Source: Scyliorhinus canicula
Taxonomy: Eukaryota
Direction of reading: 5' to 3'
Length of the DNA: 64,000 bases
Assembly: GCF_902713615.1 (NCBI RefSeq)
Contig: NC_052172.1
Location: forward strand, 6,181,337-6,245,336
Shown here piece by piece: positions 24,895-38,560 of this stretch. The stretch's first letter is position 1; each line of letters starts with the position of its first letter. The position numbers and the translations under genes were made by a program. Under the pieces are notes generated by a model. The model had not been told where the DNA came from. It made no database searches and was given only the letters and a program-made list of their open reading frames with translations.

Positions 24895-26387
24895 CTAGTA
24901 AAAAAAAGTGGGCCTCATCATCACTTTCAAATCAGAATCATACTGTCCAGAAAGAGGTCATTCTGTCAACCTATTGGCATATTCCTGCTATCTCCCCATT
25001 GTCCTTTCCCGTTCCCAAAAATATATATCGCATGTATTTTTCAAAGTTAGTATTGAATTTGTTTCCACTTCCCTTCATGCCAATGCATTCCAGATCATAG
25101 CAATTCGCTGCATGCAAATATATCCTCACTTCGGCCTTCACCCTTTTCCACCCCTCTCGGAATCACAATAGCGTTCCTCTTCATCTCACTTTCCACCCCA
25201 CCAGGCACCAAGTCCAACAGGATGCCACCATTAAATGCATGTTCTCCCCATCCCTTCTAAGGGTTCGTAGGGGGCAGTTCTCCCTATGGCATCCTGGCCA
25301 ACTTCTTTATCGCGCTCAATACCTCAACCCTTTCCAAAAACACAACATGCAACATGTAGCCCGATGTCTCTTTCCTCCTCACTGTCCGATGGTCCAAATA
25401 TTCCTTCCAGGTGAATCAGAAATTTGCTTACACATCTTTCAATTTGATCTACGCTACTTGTTGCTCACAATACGGTGCCTCAGCATTGGGAAGACCAATC
25501 GCAGACAGCGTGACTACTTTGTGGAGCACCTTAGTTGAATCTGCAAACAGGACCCCGACCTCCCCATCACTTGCCATTTCAATTCACCACCTTGTTCTCA
25601 TGCTCACATTTCTATTCTCGCCACGTTGCAATGTCCCAGTGAAGCCCAACGCAAGTTGGAACATTAATCTTCTGATTAAACACTTTTCAGAATTCTAAAC
25701 TCAACAATGAGTTCAGAAATTTTAGGTCATGGACACAGTCCTTCGTTTTGTATTTCATCCTGATGATAACCTATGTGTTTTTATACCCAATAGTCTCAAT
25801 AGGACTAATTGTATTCACGTGACGGTTGACTTGGTGTCGTGGATGTTGGAGTGAATAAGAAGTTGTCTTTATTTGTGTTCCACAGAACAAGAATTCGAAA
25901 CCAGGGGTCATTAATATAAGATAATCGCTCATATATCCAACATACTTCAACCAAAAAGTTAGTTAAAATGTGGAAATTGCTACCATTTAGAGCTATTGAG
26001 ACCAATAGATTAGATGATTTCAAAATATAGATAAAGAAATAGACGTACAGAGTAACAGAGGGTCATGGTGCTAGTATTAGATGGGGTAGGACGACTGTGG
26101 TGCTTCAACCGAGGTAGGCACCAATTGAGCCGAGTGGAATATTTCTGTGAAATAATTTGTAAATAATAACATGAATGAATACATGGGTTCCTCCATTAAT
26201 ACCATGTAAAATGGAAGCGGTTTGAATGAATATGGAATGGAATTTGTCTGCAGAGAATCTAGAGACCATCATTAAATATAAGTAAAGGTGTCCAACGACT
26301 CAGGTAAGGCATTTTTGTCCATGACTTCAGCACCGAAACGAAGTTTTCGAATGCATGTTTTAATACATGTAGTTAGTTTAAACGTAC

Positions 26388-26494
26388 CTTAGTTTTCCAA
26401 GCAATTATTGAGACGAATATCCCATAAAATATGCTTTTGCAGATGAGGATCAGGTAAGTCAATTTTCCTGTTCCCATACTTTGCAGTTTCGAAG
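26388..26494 (-). CDS. TRBC: C-beta exon 3 (connecting peptide + transmembrane)
   Basis: 107 nt, (A)SKLQSMGTGKLTYLILICKSIFYGIFVSIIAWKTK, bounded by AG and GTACGT. Contains the TM Lys and two conserved Tyr of the CART motif. Confidence 0.95.
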
Positions 26495-27159
26495 CTGTGA
26501 AGTAAACATAATGAACAATTATGGACTTTCTGTTCTCCCCAAGTAACAACTTTTACGTTTAGCAAATGGAACATGTCTTCATTTCAGGATCCCAGTGTAT
26601 GAGCGTTGACAGAGTCATCCAGATTCGAAGCGTCAGCTCCCTTCTCTCTCCACAGATAATGTTAGACTGCTGAGATTTTCCATTATTTTATGTTTTTGTT
26701 TCATCCCAGTGTATGAGTTGAGTTGTAAAACGATTATATTGTCCTCTGATGCATACCGTTGCTATAGGACGACCCAATTACAGTAAGTCTACTCCATTGA
26801 CATTCTATGTCCAAATATGTACACTTCAATCTACTGTGGGGACCGCACCAACATCCTTCTCCCACAGATGAAGGACGATCTGAATTCGGGAATCAAAAGT
26901 GTATGCATTAGGAGTTTGTGTAAGCCAAAAATCAGTAGGGTGCTTTCTGCTTTTGGCCCAGTCAGACCACACTCTCGATTCGCACAGGCCTCATAGAAAC
27001 TCCTTGTGTCAGTAGGGAGGAAACAGTGCACGATTGGACGAACCATTTTTGAAATGAGACATTAAACTGATGGAATGCATGTTCTTTGAGGTGAATCCAA
27101 GTGATCTGACAGTTCAGAGGGGCGATTTTGTTGGAGAGGACAGTGTGAGACAGACTGGT

Positions 27160-29000
27160 AAGCAGGAGGAGATACTTGTTAGGAAGGAAGATGTGTTGGG
27201 CATTTTGAAAAACTTGAGGATAGACAAGTCCCCCGGGCCTGACGGGATATATCCAAGGATTGTATGGGAGGCAAGAAATGGAATTGCAGAGCCGTTGGCA
27301 ATGATCTTTTCATCCTCGCTGTCAACAGGGTTGGTACCAGAGGATTGGAGAGTGGCGAATGTCGTGCCCCTCTTCAAAAAAGGGAATCGGGATAACCCTG
27401 GGAATTACAGGCCAGTTAGTCTTACTTCGGTGGTAGGCAAAGTAATGGAAAGGGTACTGAGGGATAGTATTTCTGGGCATCTGGAAATACACTGCTTGAT
27501 TAGGGATAGTCAGCACGGATTTGCGAGGGGTAGGTCTTGCCTTACAAGTCTTATTGACTTCTTTGAGGAGGTGACCAAGCATGTGGATGAAGGTAAAGCA
27601 GTGGATGTAGTGTACATGGATTTTAGTATGGCATTTGATAAGGTTCCCCATGGTAGGCTTATGCAGAAAGTAAGGAGGCATGGGATAGTGGGAAATTTGG
27701 CCAGTTGGATAACGAACTGGCTAACCGATAAAAGACAGAGAGTGGTGGTGGATGGCAAATATTCAGCCTGGAGCCCAGTTACCAGTGGCATACCACAGGG
27801 ATCAGTTCTGGGTCCTCTGCTGTTTGTGATTTTCATTAACGACTTGGATGAGGGAGTTGAAGGGTGGGTCAGTAAATTTGCAGACGATACGAAGATTGGT
27901 GGAGTTGTGGATAGTGAGGAGGGCTGTTGTCGGCTTCAAAGAGACATAGATAGGATGCAGAGCTGGGCTGAGAAGTGGCAGATGAAGTTTAACCCTGACA
28001 AGTGTGAGGTTGTCCATTTTGGAAGGACAAATAAGAATGCGGAATACAGGGCTAACGGCAGGGTTCTTGGCAATGTGGAGGAGCAGAGAGATCTTGGGGT
28101 CTATGTTCATAGATCTTTGAAAGTTGCCACTCAAGTGGATAGAGCTGTGAAGAAGGCCTATGGTGTGCTAGCGTTCATTAGCAGAGGGATTGAATTTAAG
28201 AGTCGTGAGGTGATGATGCAGCTGTACTAAACCTTGGCGAGGCCACATTTGGAGTACTGTGTGCAGTTCTGGTCACCTAATTTTAGGAAGGATGTGGAAG
28301 CGTTGGAAAAGGTGCAAAGGAGATTTACCAGGATGTTGCCTGGAATTGAGAGTAGGTCTTACGAGGAAAGGTTGAGGGTGCTAGGCCTTTTCTCATTAGA
28401 ACGGAGAAGGATGAGGGGCGACTTGATAGAGGTTTATAAGATGATCAGGGGAATAGATAGAGTAGACAGTCAGAGACTTTTTCCCCGCGTGGAACACACC
28501 ATTACAAGGGGACATAAATTTAAGATAAATGGTGGAAGATATAGGGGGGGATGTCAGAGGTAGGTTCTTTACCCAGTGAGTAGTGGGGGCATGGAATGCA
28601 CTGCCTGTGGAAGTAGTTGAGTCGGAAACGTTAGGGACCTTCAAGCGGCTATTGGATAGCTACATGGAGTAGGGTAGAATAATGGAGTGTAGATTAATTT
28701 CTTCTTAAGGGCAGCACGGTAGCATTGTGGATAGCACAATTGCTTCACAGCTCCAGGGTCCCACGTTCGATTTCGACTTGGGTCACTGTCTGTGTGGAGT
28801 CTGCACATCCTCCCCGTGTGTGCGTGGGCTTCCTCCGGATGCTCCGGTTTCCTCCCACAGTCCAAAGATGTTCAGGTTGGGTGGATTGGCCATGATAAAT
28901 TGCCCTTAGTGTCCAAAATTCTATGATTAACCTAGGATAAAAGTTCGGCACAGCATTGTGGGCCGAAGGGCCTGTTCTGTGCTGTATTTCTCTCTCTCTA
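27160..29000 (+). mobile_element. CR1-clade LINE RT fragment in the C-beta exon 2-3 intron
   Basis: 386-aa ORF 27070-28230 with RT motifs, one TAA, continuation 28234-28563; SINE inserted in the 3' UTR at about 28709-28920. Confidence 0.92.
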
Positions 29001-30555
29001 CCTGTGTGTATCTGTACTTCCAACAAAGAAAAGTACAGCACAGGAACAGGCCCTTCGGCCCTCCATGCCCGTGCCGACCATGCTGCTCGTCTAAACTAAA
29101 ATCTTAAAGAACAATAATTGAAGAACATCATTGAAGGTTGGAAGACAAGTGAAGAGAGCAGTTAATAAAGCATACCGTATTATGGGCGCTATTAATGGGG
29201 GCATGGAGTACAAGAGCAAGCAGGTTAGGCTAAATTTATCCAAGTCAGTAATTGGACCTCAGCTGCATAATGAGTACAGTTCCGGGCCCCACACTAGGAA
29301 AGCCGTGAAGGCATTTTCGGGGATGCAGAACAGATTTAAGACAATGACTCCAGGGATGAGAAACTGAATTAATAAAGATAGCCTGGTGATGTTGGGACAG
29401 TTCTCCCTGGAGAGAGTGCAGGAGGGATTTACAAGAATGCTCCAGGGATAAGTGCCCTCAGTTTTGACAATGGATTAAAGCCGTTCGGACTGTCCTCCTT
29501 GGAAGAGAAGAGGGTTAACCATCGATTTGATAGATACATTCAAATTCTTAAGGGGGCAGGACAGAGTAGATAGGGAGAAACTGTTTCCGCTCACAAAATC
29601 ATCAACAAGAGGGCTCATATTTAAAGTAATTTCTCAAATAAGGAAATGTGATGTGAGGAAAACCTTTTTCACAGAGCGAGTGTTTTGGTTCTGGGAAGCG
29701 CTGCCTGGAGTTGTGGTGAATGTTGGTTAGATTGAGACAAACACACGGGAATTAGATGATTTTTCGAATAGAAATAAAGTGCAGGGATGGGGAAGAAATG
29801 CAGGGGATTGGCACTAAGTCATAATGCTCATTAGGGGAACCGGTGCATATACAATGGACCGAATGGCCTACTTCCGCTCCGTAACAATCCTGTGATCAAA
29901 GAATTTTGAATGGAAAGCAAATATTTCCAAATGTTGAAATGAATTATGCATGGCATTTTTAATACATGAAGAATCCCGGAATTAGAGTTTAGCAATTCTG
30001 ACTATGATCTACAGTCTGAACATCACTGTGGAACAGAGGAAGGCCATTCGGCTTCTCCAGTCTGTGATGTTTCTCTGCAGAGCTGTTCAGTTATCCCCAC
30101 CCACCATTATCCCTGTAGCCCTGTGAATTGGTCTCAAGTTCCCATCCTGGTTGCTTTTGAAATGATTGATTTTCTGCAGTTCCACTACCTTCATCGACAG
30201 TTCATTACAACTTTCCGCATAACACAAATATTTCTTCACATTACCTTTGCATGTTTTTCCCAAAACATTAAACCTGTGTTTCCTATTCCATATATCATCA
30301 GCTGACGGAGCAACTTCTTTTTGTGTCAATATCGTCTAAATCTATGGCAATCTTTACATTCCCATTAACTCTTTCTTGAACCTCCATTCTTGGAAGGAGA
30401 ACAACTCCAGCTTCTCCAAGGTGACCTTGCCGCTCATCCCCCGCCCCCATCTCTGGAACCATGTTGGTGAACCTCCTTTGCATTCTCTGAAGGAAAATTC
30501 ACACTCTACCCAAAGCCTGGTTGCCAAAAGCAGATAGAAGGACATGTTGGCTTAC

Positions 30556-30576
30556 CTTTAGTTACACCGCAGATTT
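30556..30576 (-). CDS. TRBC: C-beta exon 2 (hinge with interchain Cys)
   Basis: 21 nt, (E)ICGVTK, bounded by TTTCAG and GTAAGC, phase 1 at both ends. Confidence 0.92.
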
Positions 30577-30815
30577 CTGAAACAAATGAAGAGAAAATCA
30601 TAACTATTTCGAACCTTCTGACAGTCCTTTTAATATGATTTTAACATTTTTTTGTCATTACATTTGCAAGTTCTATGTATTTTTTAATTATTAATTTAGT
30701 TATTTGTTGATCTACAGTTTCATCTGCGTGGTTACTTTATTATTGAGACGAGCACAGCCACCGAGCAAAATCTGTTTTTTTCATGGCTAAAGCATGGCAG
30801 CTTCAGTGGACCTAC

Positions 30816-31160
30816 CAGCATTGACGGTTAACGTGTCATGTTGCGTGCTCTTGGTGGATCCTTCAGCATAGTGATCCACTTTACATGTAATCGTCCTAAT
30901 TTTGACCCAGTCATGGACATTGAATCTCAGGCGACTGGTGATGCTGTAGGATTTGTTACCGTCCATTGAGATGGAATTGAGATCGGTTTGAATGCTCTTG
31001 GTATCGGCCTGCATTTCTTCGCCATTGACGGACCAGAAGATCTTTAAGTTGTCGGGGTAGAAGTCAGAGACAAGGCAAACCACAGTTGCTTTCTTCTTTT
31101 CTTTAATCTCTTTGGGAGACGGTTCGAAGAGAGTGACTGTGGCATTCTTAACCGGATGTT
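30816..31160 (-). CDS. TRBC: C-beta exon 1 (C1-set Ig domain)
   Basis: 345 nt, (E)HPVKNATVTLFEPSPKEIKEKKKATVVCLVSDFYPDNLKIFWSVNGEEMQADTKSIQTDLNSISMDGNKSYSITSRLRFNVHDWVKIRTITCKVDHYAEGSTKSTQHDTLTVNA, bounded by ACACAG and GTAGGT. FEPS..EI..K.KAT.VCL..FYPD and SRLR are C-beta hallmarks. Confidence 0.96.
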
Positions 31161-31519
31161 CTGTGTGGGGTTAAACAAAAGTAAATGGTGAGAACACGGA
31201 CGGGAATGAAACCAGTGTGAGAATTGTGTACAGTGGAACTCATTTCCAAACAACAATGGAACCTACATTATCGGGACTCCAGCCGCTCAAGATGGCAGCT
31301 CACCACCACTTTGATAAGGGCAATTAAAAATAGGAAATTTATGTTGGCCTAGCCTACATCTCGTAAATGTATAATAAATAAATAACCCTTCAGACGGAAA
31401 ACAATTAATTTTGCTTTCAGTTCAGAACAAAACAGCTTCCTATCCGTCATGAACAGCTTGAATGGCGGAGCAGGCTCGAAGGGCCGAATGGTCTACATCT
31501 GCTCCTATTTTTATGTTTC

Positions 31520-32510
31520 TATGTTACCATGTGGTGTACCACAAGGATCTGTTTTGGGGCCACTGCTGTTTGTCATTTTTATAAATGACCTGGAGGAGAG
31601 TGTAGAAGGATGGGTGAGTAAATTTGCAGATGACACTAAAGTCGGTGGAGTTGTGGACAATGCGGAAGGATGTTACAAGTTACAGAGGGACATAGATAAG
31701 CTGTAGCCCAGGGCTGAGAGCTGGCATATGGAGTTTAATGCAGAAAAGTGTGAGGTGATTCATTTTGGAAGGAATAACAGGAAGTCAGAGTACTGGGCGA
31801 ATGGGAAGATTCTTGGTAGTGTGGATGAGCAGAGAGATCTCGGTGTCCGTGTACATAGATCCCTGAACGTTGCCACCCAGGTTGAGAGGGTTGTTAAGAA
31901 GGCGTACGGTGTGTTAGCTTTTATTGGTAGAGGGATTGAGTTTCGGAGCCATGAGGTCATGTTGCAGCTGTACAAAACTCTGGTGCGGCCGCATTTGGAC
32001 TATTGCGTGCAGTTCTGGTCGCCACATTATAGGAAGGATGTGGAAGCATTGGAAAGGGTGCAGAGGAGATTTACCAGAATGTTGCTTGGTATGGAGGGAA
32101 GATCTTATGAACGAAGGCTGAGGGACTTGAGGCTGTTTTTATTAGAGAGAAGAAGGTTAAGAGGTGACTTAGTTGAGGCATAGAAGATGATCAGAGGATT
32201 AGATAGGGTGGACAGTGAGAGCCTTTTTCCTCGGATGGTGATGTCTAGCACGAGGGGACATATATTTAAATTGTGGGAGATAGATATAGGACAGATGTCA
32301 GAGGTAGGTTATTTACTCAGAGAGTAGTAAGGACATGGAATGCCCTGCCTGCAACAGTATTGGACTCGCCAACACTAAGGGCATTCAAATGGTCATTGGA
32401 TAGACATATGGACGATTAGGGAATAGTGTAGATGGGCTTTCGAGTGGTTTCACGGGTCGGTGCAGCATCGAGGGCCGAAGGGCCTGTACTGCGCTGTAAT
32501 GTTCTGTATT
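31520..32510 (+). mobile_element. CR1-clade LINE 3' fragment
   Basis: [22 protein letters not shown], 3' tail. Confidence 0.9.
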
Positions 32511-34630
32511 CTATTACAAAATAATACCGAATCAGGTTGTAAGGTGTGAATGCTTTGTCTTGCGTGTGCATGAATTGAAACTGCCGATCCTGCCTGCCGC
32601 AAAAATAAAAGGTAACTCAACCATGGCTTACAAAAGAAATAAGGGATAATGTCAAATCTCTGCAGAGACATATAAAATTACCAGAAGAAGCAGAAAGACT
32701 GGGGATTGGGAGCTTTTTAGAATTCACCAAAAGAGGACGAAACATTTCCTAGAATCTACGGCACTGAGACAGGTCCTTCGTCCCAAATTGGCCCATGCCA
32801 ACCAACAATCCCATCTAAGCTAACCCATTTTCCTGCATTTGGCCCATATCCCTCGAAACCTTTCCTATCCATGTATGTGTCCAAATGCCTTTTAAATGTT
32901 GTAAATGACCCTGCCTCAATCACTTCCTCCGGCAGCTCATTCCACATACCACTCACACTCTGCATGAAACTTATGACTTCTACTGTGAAAAGATGAGCAC
33001 AATTTATTTGTTTAAGTCAGCCATTGAATTATTCCCCATGATAATGTCGCCTATCTCACTGCTAAGGGGCCAATGTTTACTTAATTGTTCACTTCCTCTT
33101 TATATTCTGAAAAAGCTCTTGTGATTTGTTTGTACATTCGTGGCTAGTTTGTTCACATATTCCACTTTCCCCTTGTTATAGATTTTCGATTGGCCCTCTG
33201 CTGTTTCTAAACAATCGATATCCGCAGACCCTTATTTTTTAAGCAACATTATAAGTCTCTTCTTTTCTTCCAACCTTAGCTTCCCAAGTGAGTCACGGTT
33301 GGATCTTCATTACTGACTTTTTTGTTGATTTTCAATGGGATCTATTTTCTGTTGAGGAATTTGAATTGCTTCTTTCAATGTTACTTACTGTTCATTTCCC
33401 TTTGTATGTTTCAGTTGATTTATCTAATTAACTCAGCTATTTCTCGTCTCTAGCTATGCAATTGTCTTTTTTTTAAGTTTCGGATTATTGTTTGCGATTG
33501 GGTTATGTCATTTTCAAACGTAACCTGTAATTGGACGGTGCTTTGATCACATTAGATTCAGTAGAGATATCAGGAGAAAAGGCTTCAATCAGGGAGTAGT
33601 GAGAATGTGGAGCTCTCTACCAAATGGGCGAATTGAGACGATTATCATCGATACTTTGTGGCAGAATCTGGATAAAAATATGATTTGGAAAGAAACAGAG
33701 TAGGATATGTTTTAGATTAGATGAGGAGGGACGAAATAATGTTCTGTGCCTTCTATGTAATTAATATGTGGACACATTTCACAACCAGAAGGGCATGTTA
33801 TTTGATTCTTTGAGTTCCGAGTACTCAAAAAGGCGATTTGCCCACAAGTGCCAATATAATCTGGTCCACCTATATAATATATGGGGTTGGCATGGATTTG
33901 TAAAACGAAGGTGCAGTGTAAGATATCCGGCTCAGAAATGGCAACCAGCCATCTGTTTTACATTTAACAACAGTGCTGTTAAAATGCATTCGCTCCGTTA
34001 GGAAAGCAGATTGTGGTTGCAAGGCATGCAATACTTGAAGAGTGATTTGCACGCAGCTTTCAAGACATCCAGACAAATTTACAAACACACAATTTACAGG
34101 TTGAGCGGTATCTAATGCTTTAATATTATAATGCGCTAGAGTTTAGTAGTGCACAGTTAAGTTCTTACAGTGGCCATTGGATATACGATCATATCATTTT
34201 TACAGATGTTGGTTGAGTAATAAACACTGGAGGAATTCACTCATCTACATATGATGCTCAGGACCATTTTCGTCCATCCGGGAGAGCTAATGGAGCCTCA
34301 GCTTGATGTTGCATCTGAAGGCTCACAGCATCAGCACTATGGTATCCCTTCGGTACGACACCTCTGACTGTGCAGTACTCAGTCAACGCTGTTTTCCAAT
34401 AGTGCGACACAACTCATGCTGAAAAATTCGACAGTGCAGCACGCCTTCAGTACTGAAATTCCCACAGCGGTGGCCTGGATTATGGACTCAAGTCTCGTGT
34501 ACGACTTGATTCTATGGCGTCTGGACTTGGAAGCAAGAATGCTGTGTAATGGGTATATTGAGCAATAATATGATTTTCAACCAGTTGAGCTGATGATGAT
34601 AGAGTTGGGTTGACCAGGTTACATCCTCAC

Positions 34631-34667
34631 CTGGAGCTAATAATTTGGTACGATAGCCGAAATTGAG
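34631..34667 (-). pseudogene. Possible decayed J-like relic (LNFGYRTKLLAP)
   Basis: FG-Y-R (CGT is one change from GGT), TKL, phase-1 GTGAGG donor, adjacent CAAAGTG pseudo-heptamer. No convincing nonamer. Confidence 0.3.
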
Positions 34668-34819
34668 CAAAGTGCCTTGAGCACCAGAACGCATTGTTAT
34701 TCAAATGTTTTCAATTTTAAAGGAGCCTGAACCTAAGTTTAAATTCTGTCCGTACAATAACACTTTTATTCACTGGGAACACTTCTTGCGCCACGATTTT
34801 GAGTATTTTTACATCGATA

Positions 34820-35240
34820 CATATATACATAAACAATGTGAGCAGGAGGAGGCCTTTTGGCCCTTCGAGCCTGCTCCGCCATTCATCACGATCATGGATG
34901 ATGATCCAACTCAATTGCCTAATCCAGCTTTCTCCCCATAGGCCTTGATCCCATTCTCCCCAAGTGCTATATTTAGCTGCCGCTTGAATATATTCAAAGT
35001 TTTAGCATCAGCTACTTCCTGTGGTAATGCATCCCACAGGCTCACCACTCTTTGTGTGAAGAAATGTCTCCTTATATGTGGAAATGGTTTACCCAGAATC
35101 CTCAGAATGTGACCCCTGGTTCTAGACACACCCATCATTGGTAACATCCTCCGTGCATCTAACCTGTTTCGTCCCGTTGAAATTTTATAAGTCTCTATGA
35201 GATCCCCCCCCCTCATTCTTCTGAACTCCCGCGAGTACTT
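34820..35240 (-). mobile_element. CR1-clade LINE 3' end
   Basis: RMRGGDLIETYKI...FFTQRVV and ggctcgaagggcc tail. Confidence 0.85.
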
Positions 35241-35290
35241 CAATTGTACTTTATTTTAAATTGTGTCTGTTTTTCTGGTTAGTTGCGATA

Positions 35291-38200
35291 CATAAAGAAC
35301 ATAAGAACATAAGAACTAGGAGCAGGAGTAGGCCATCTGGCCCCTCGAGCCTGCTCCGCCATTCAATGAGATCATGGCTGATCTTTTGTGGACTCAGCTC
35401 CACTTTCCGGCCCAAACACCATAACCCTTAATCCCTTTTTTCTTCAAAAAACTATCTATCTTTACCTTAAAAACATTTAATGAAGGAGCCTCAACTGCTT
35501 CACTGGGCAAGGAATTCCATAGATTCACAACCCTTTGGGTGAAGAAGTTCCTCCTAAACTCAGTCCAAAATCTACTTCCCCTTATTTTGAGGCTATGTCC
35601 CCTCGTTCTGCTTTCACCCGCCAGTGGAAACAACCTGCCCGCATCTATCCTATCTATTCCCTTCATAATTTTAAATGTTTCTATAAGATCCCCCCTCATC
35701 CTTCTAAATTCCAACGAGTACAGTCCCAGTCTACTCAACCTCTCCTCATAATCCAACCCCTTCAACTCTGGGATTAACCTAGTGAATCTCTTCTGCACAC
35801 CCTCCAGTGCCAGTATGTCCTTTCTCAAGTAAGGAGACCAAAACTGAACACAATACTCCAGCTGTGGCCTCACTAACACCTTATACAATTGCAACATAAC
35901 CTCCCTAGTCTTAAACTCCATCCCTCTAGCAATGAAGGGCAAAATTCCATTTGCCTTGTTAATCACCTGTTGCACCTGTAAACCAACTTTCTGTGACTCA
36001 TGCACTAGCACACCCAAGTCTCTCTGCACAGCGGCATGCTTTAATATTTTATCGTTTAAATAATAATCCCGTTTGCTGTTATTCCTACCAAAATGGATAA
36101 CCTCACATTTGTCAACATTGTATTCCATCTGCCAGACCCTAGCCCATTCATTTAACCTATCCAAAACCCTCTGCAGACTTCCAGTATCCTCTGCACTTTT
36201 CGTTTTACCACTAATCTTAGTGTCATCTGCAAACTTGGACAGATTGCCCTTGGTCCCCAACTCCAAATCATCTGTGTAAATTGTGAACAATTGTGGGCCC
36301 AACACGGATCCCTGAGGGACACCACTAGCTACTGATTGCCAACCAGAGAAACACCCATTAATCCCCACTCTTTGCTTTCTATTAATTAACCAATCCTCTA
36401 TCCATGCTACTACTTTACCCTTAATGCCATGCATCTTTATCTTACGCAGCAACCTTTTGTGTGGCACCTTATCAAAGATTTCTGGAAATCCAGATATACC
36501 ACATCCATTGGCTCCCCGTTATCTACTGCACTGGTAATGTCCTCAAAAAATTCCACTAAATTAGCTATGAACCCATGCTGCGTCTGCCCAATGGGACAAT
36601 TTCTATCCAGATGCCTCGCTATTTCTTCCTTGATGATAGATTCCAGCATCTTCCCTACTACCGAAGTTAAACTCACTGGCCTATAATTTCCTGCTCTCTG
36701 CCTACCTCCTTTTTTAAAACAGTGGTGTCACGTTTGCTAATTTCCAATCCACCCGGACCACCCCAGAGTCTAGTGAATTTTGGTAAATCATCATTAGTGC
36801 ATCTGCAATTTCCCTAGCCATTTCTTTTAGTACTCTGGGATGCATTCCATCAGGGCCAGGAGACTTGTCTATCTTTAGCCCCATTAGCTTGCCCATCACT
36901 ATCTCCTTAGTGTTAACAATCCTCTCAAGGTCCTCACCTGCCATAGCCTCATTTCTATCAGTCGCTGGCATTTTATTTGTGTCTTCCACTGTGAAGACCG
37001 ACCCAAAAAACCTGTTCAGTTCCTCAGCCATTTCCTCATCTCCCATTATTAAAACTTCCTTCTCATCCTCTAAAGGACCAATATTTACCTTAGCCACTCT
37101 TTTTTGTTTTATATATTTGTAAAAACTTTTACTGTCTGTTTTTATATTCTGAGCAAGTTTTTTTAAATAAATTTAGATTACCCAATTATTTTTTCCAATT
37201 AAGGGGCAATTTAGCGTGGCCAATCCACCTACTCTGCACATTTTTGGGTTGTGGGGGCGAAACCCACGGAGACACGGGGAGAATGTGCAAACTCCACACG
37301 GACAGTGACCCAGAGCCAGGATCGCACCTGGGACCTCAGCGCCGTGAGGCGGTTGTGCTAACCACTAGGCCACCGTGCTGCCCTTATTCTGAGCAAGTTT
37401 ACTCTCAAAATCTCTCTTACTCTTCTTTATCGCTTTTTTAGTAGCTTTCTGTTGTCCCCTAAAGATTTCCCAGTCCTCTAGTCTCTCACCAATCTTTGCC
37501 ACTTTATATGCTTTTTCCTTCAATTTGATACTCTCCCTTATTTCCTCAGATATCCACGGTCGATTTTTCCTGTTTCTACCGTCCTTCCTTTTTGTTGGTA
37601 TAAACCTTTGCTGAGCACTGTGAAAAATCGCTTGGAAGGTTCTCCACTGTTCCTCACCTGTTCCACCATAAAGTCTTTGCTCCCAGTCTACCTCAGCTAG
37701 TTCTTCTCTCATCCCATTGTAATCTCCTTTGTTTAAACACAAAACACTAGCATTTGATTTGACCTTCTCACCCTCCATCTGTATTTTAAATTCCAACATA
37801 TTGTGATCGCTACTTCCGAGAGGATCCCTAACTATGAGATCATGAATCAATCCTATCTCATTACACAGGACAATATCTAGGACCGCTTGTTCCCTCGTAG
37901 GTTCCATTACATACTGTTCTAGGAAACTATCGCGGATACATTCTATAAACTCCTCCTCAAGGTTGCCTTGACCGACCTGGTTAAACCAATCGACATGTAG
38001 ATTAAAATCCCCGATGATAACTGCTGTACCATTTCTACATGCATCAGTTATTTCTTTATTTATTGCCTGCCCCACCATAACATTACTATTTGGTGGCCGA
38101 TAGGCTACTCCTATCAGTGACTTTTACGCCTTACTATTCCTGATTTCCACCCAAATGGATTCAACCTTATCCTCCATAGCACCGATGTCATCCCTTACTA

Positions 38201-38560
38201 TTGATCGGATGTCATCCTTAAATAACAGAGCAACACCACCTCCCTTACCATCCACTCTGTCCTTCCGAATAGTTTGATACCCTCGGATATTTAACTCCCA
38301 GTCGTGACCATCCTTTAACCATGTTTCAGTAATGGCCACTAAATCATAGTAATTCACGATGATTTGTGCCATCAACTCATTTACTTTATTCCGAATACTA
38401 CGAGCATTCAGGTAAAGTACACTTATATTGTTTTTTTTTAACCTCCGTTTTGAATCTTAACATCTCCAGTTTTATTCCTTTTAGTATTACTGGGCCTATT
38501 CACTGAGCTCCCATCAGTCACTGTACCTTGTACTGTCGCCCTTTTTGATTTTTGATACAA
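35291..38560 (-). mobile_element. CR1-clade LINE, near-complete ORF2 broken by frameshifts and a SINE insertion
   Basis: ORF pieces 38124-38375 (VAITETWL), 37365-38078, 36714-37097, 36437-36676, 35394-36467 (RT); (TTCTTATG)n tail at 35291. Confidence 0.92.
37161..37384 (-). mobile_element. Short A-tailed tRNA-derived SINE with 16-bp TSD, nested in a CR1
   Basis: TSD TATTCTGAGCAAGTTT at 37145-37160 and 37385-37400. Confidence 0.92.

Noticed and set aside
24868-31160. Constant gene could be TCR gamma, delta or an Ig chain
   Set aside because: A D with 12/23 RSS and the TRBD1 core, 12-RSS J segments, the FEPS/KAT.VCL/SRLR motifs, the CG hinge exon and the single TM Lys all indicate TRB.
34705-34760. 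LGSGS peptide on the minus strand near the J-like relic
   Set aside because: No splice donor, no Phe and no RSS.
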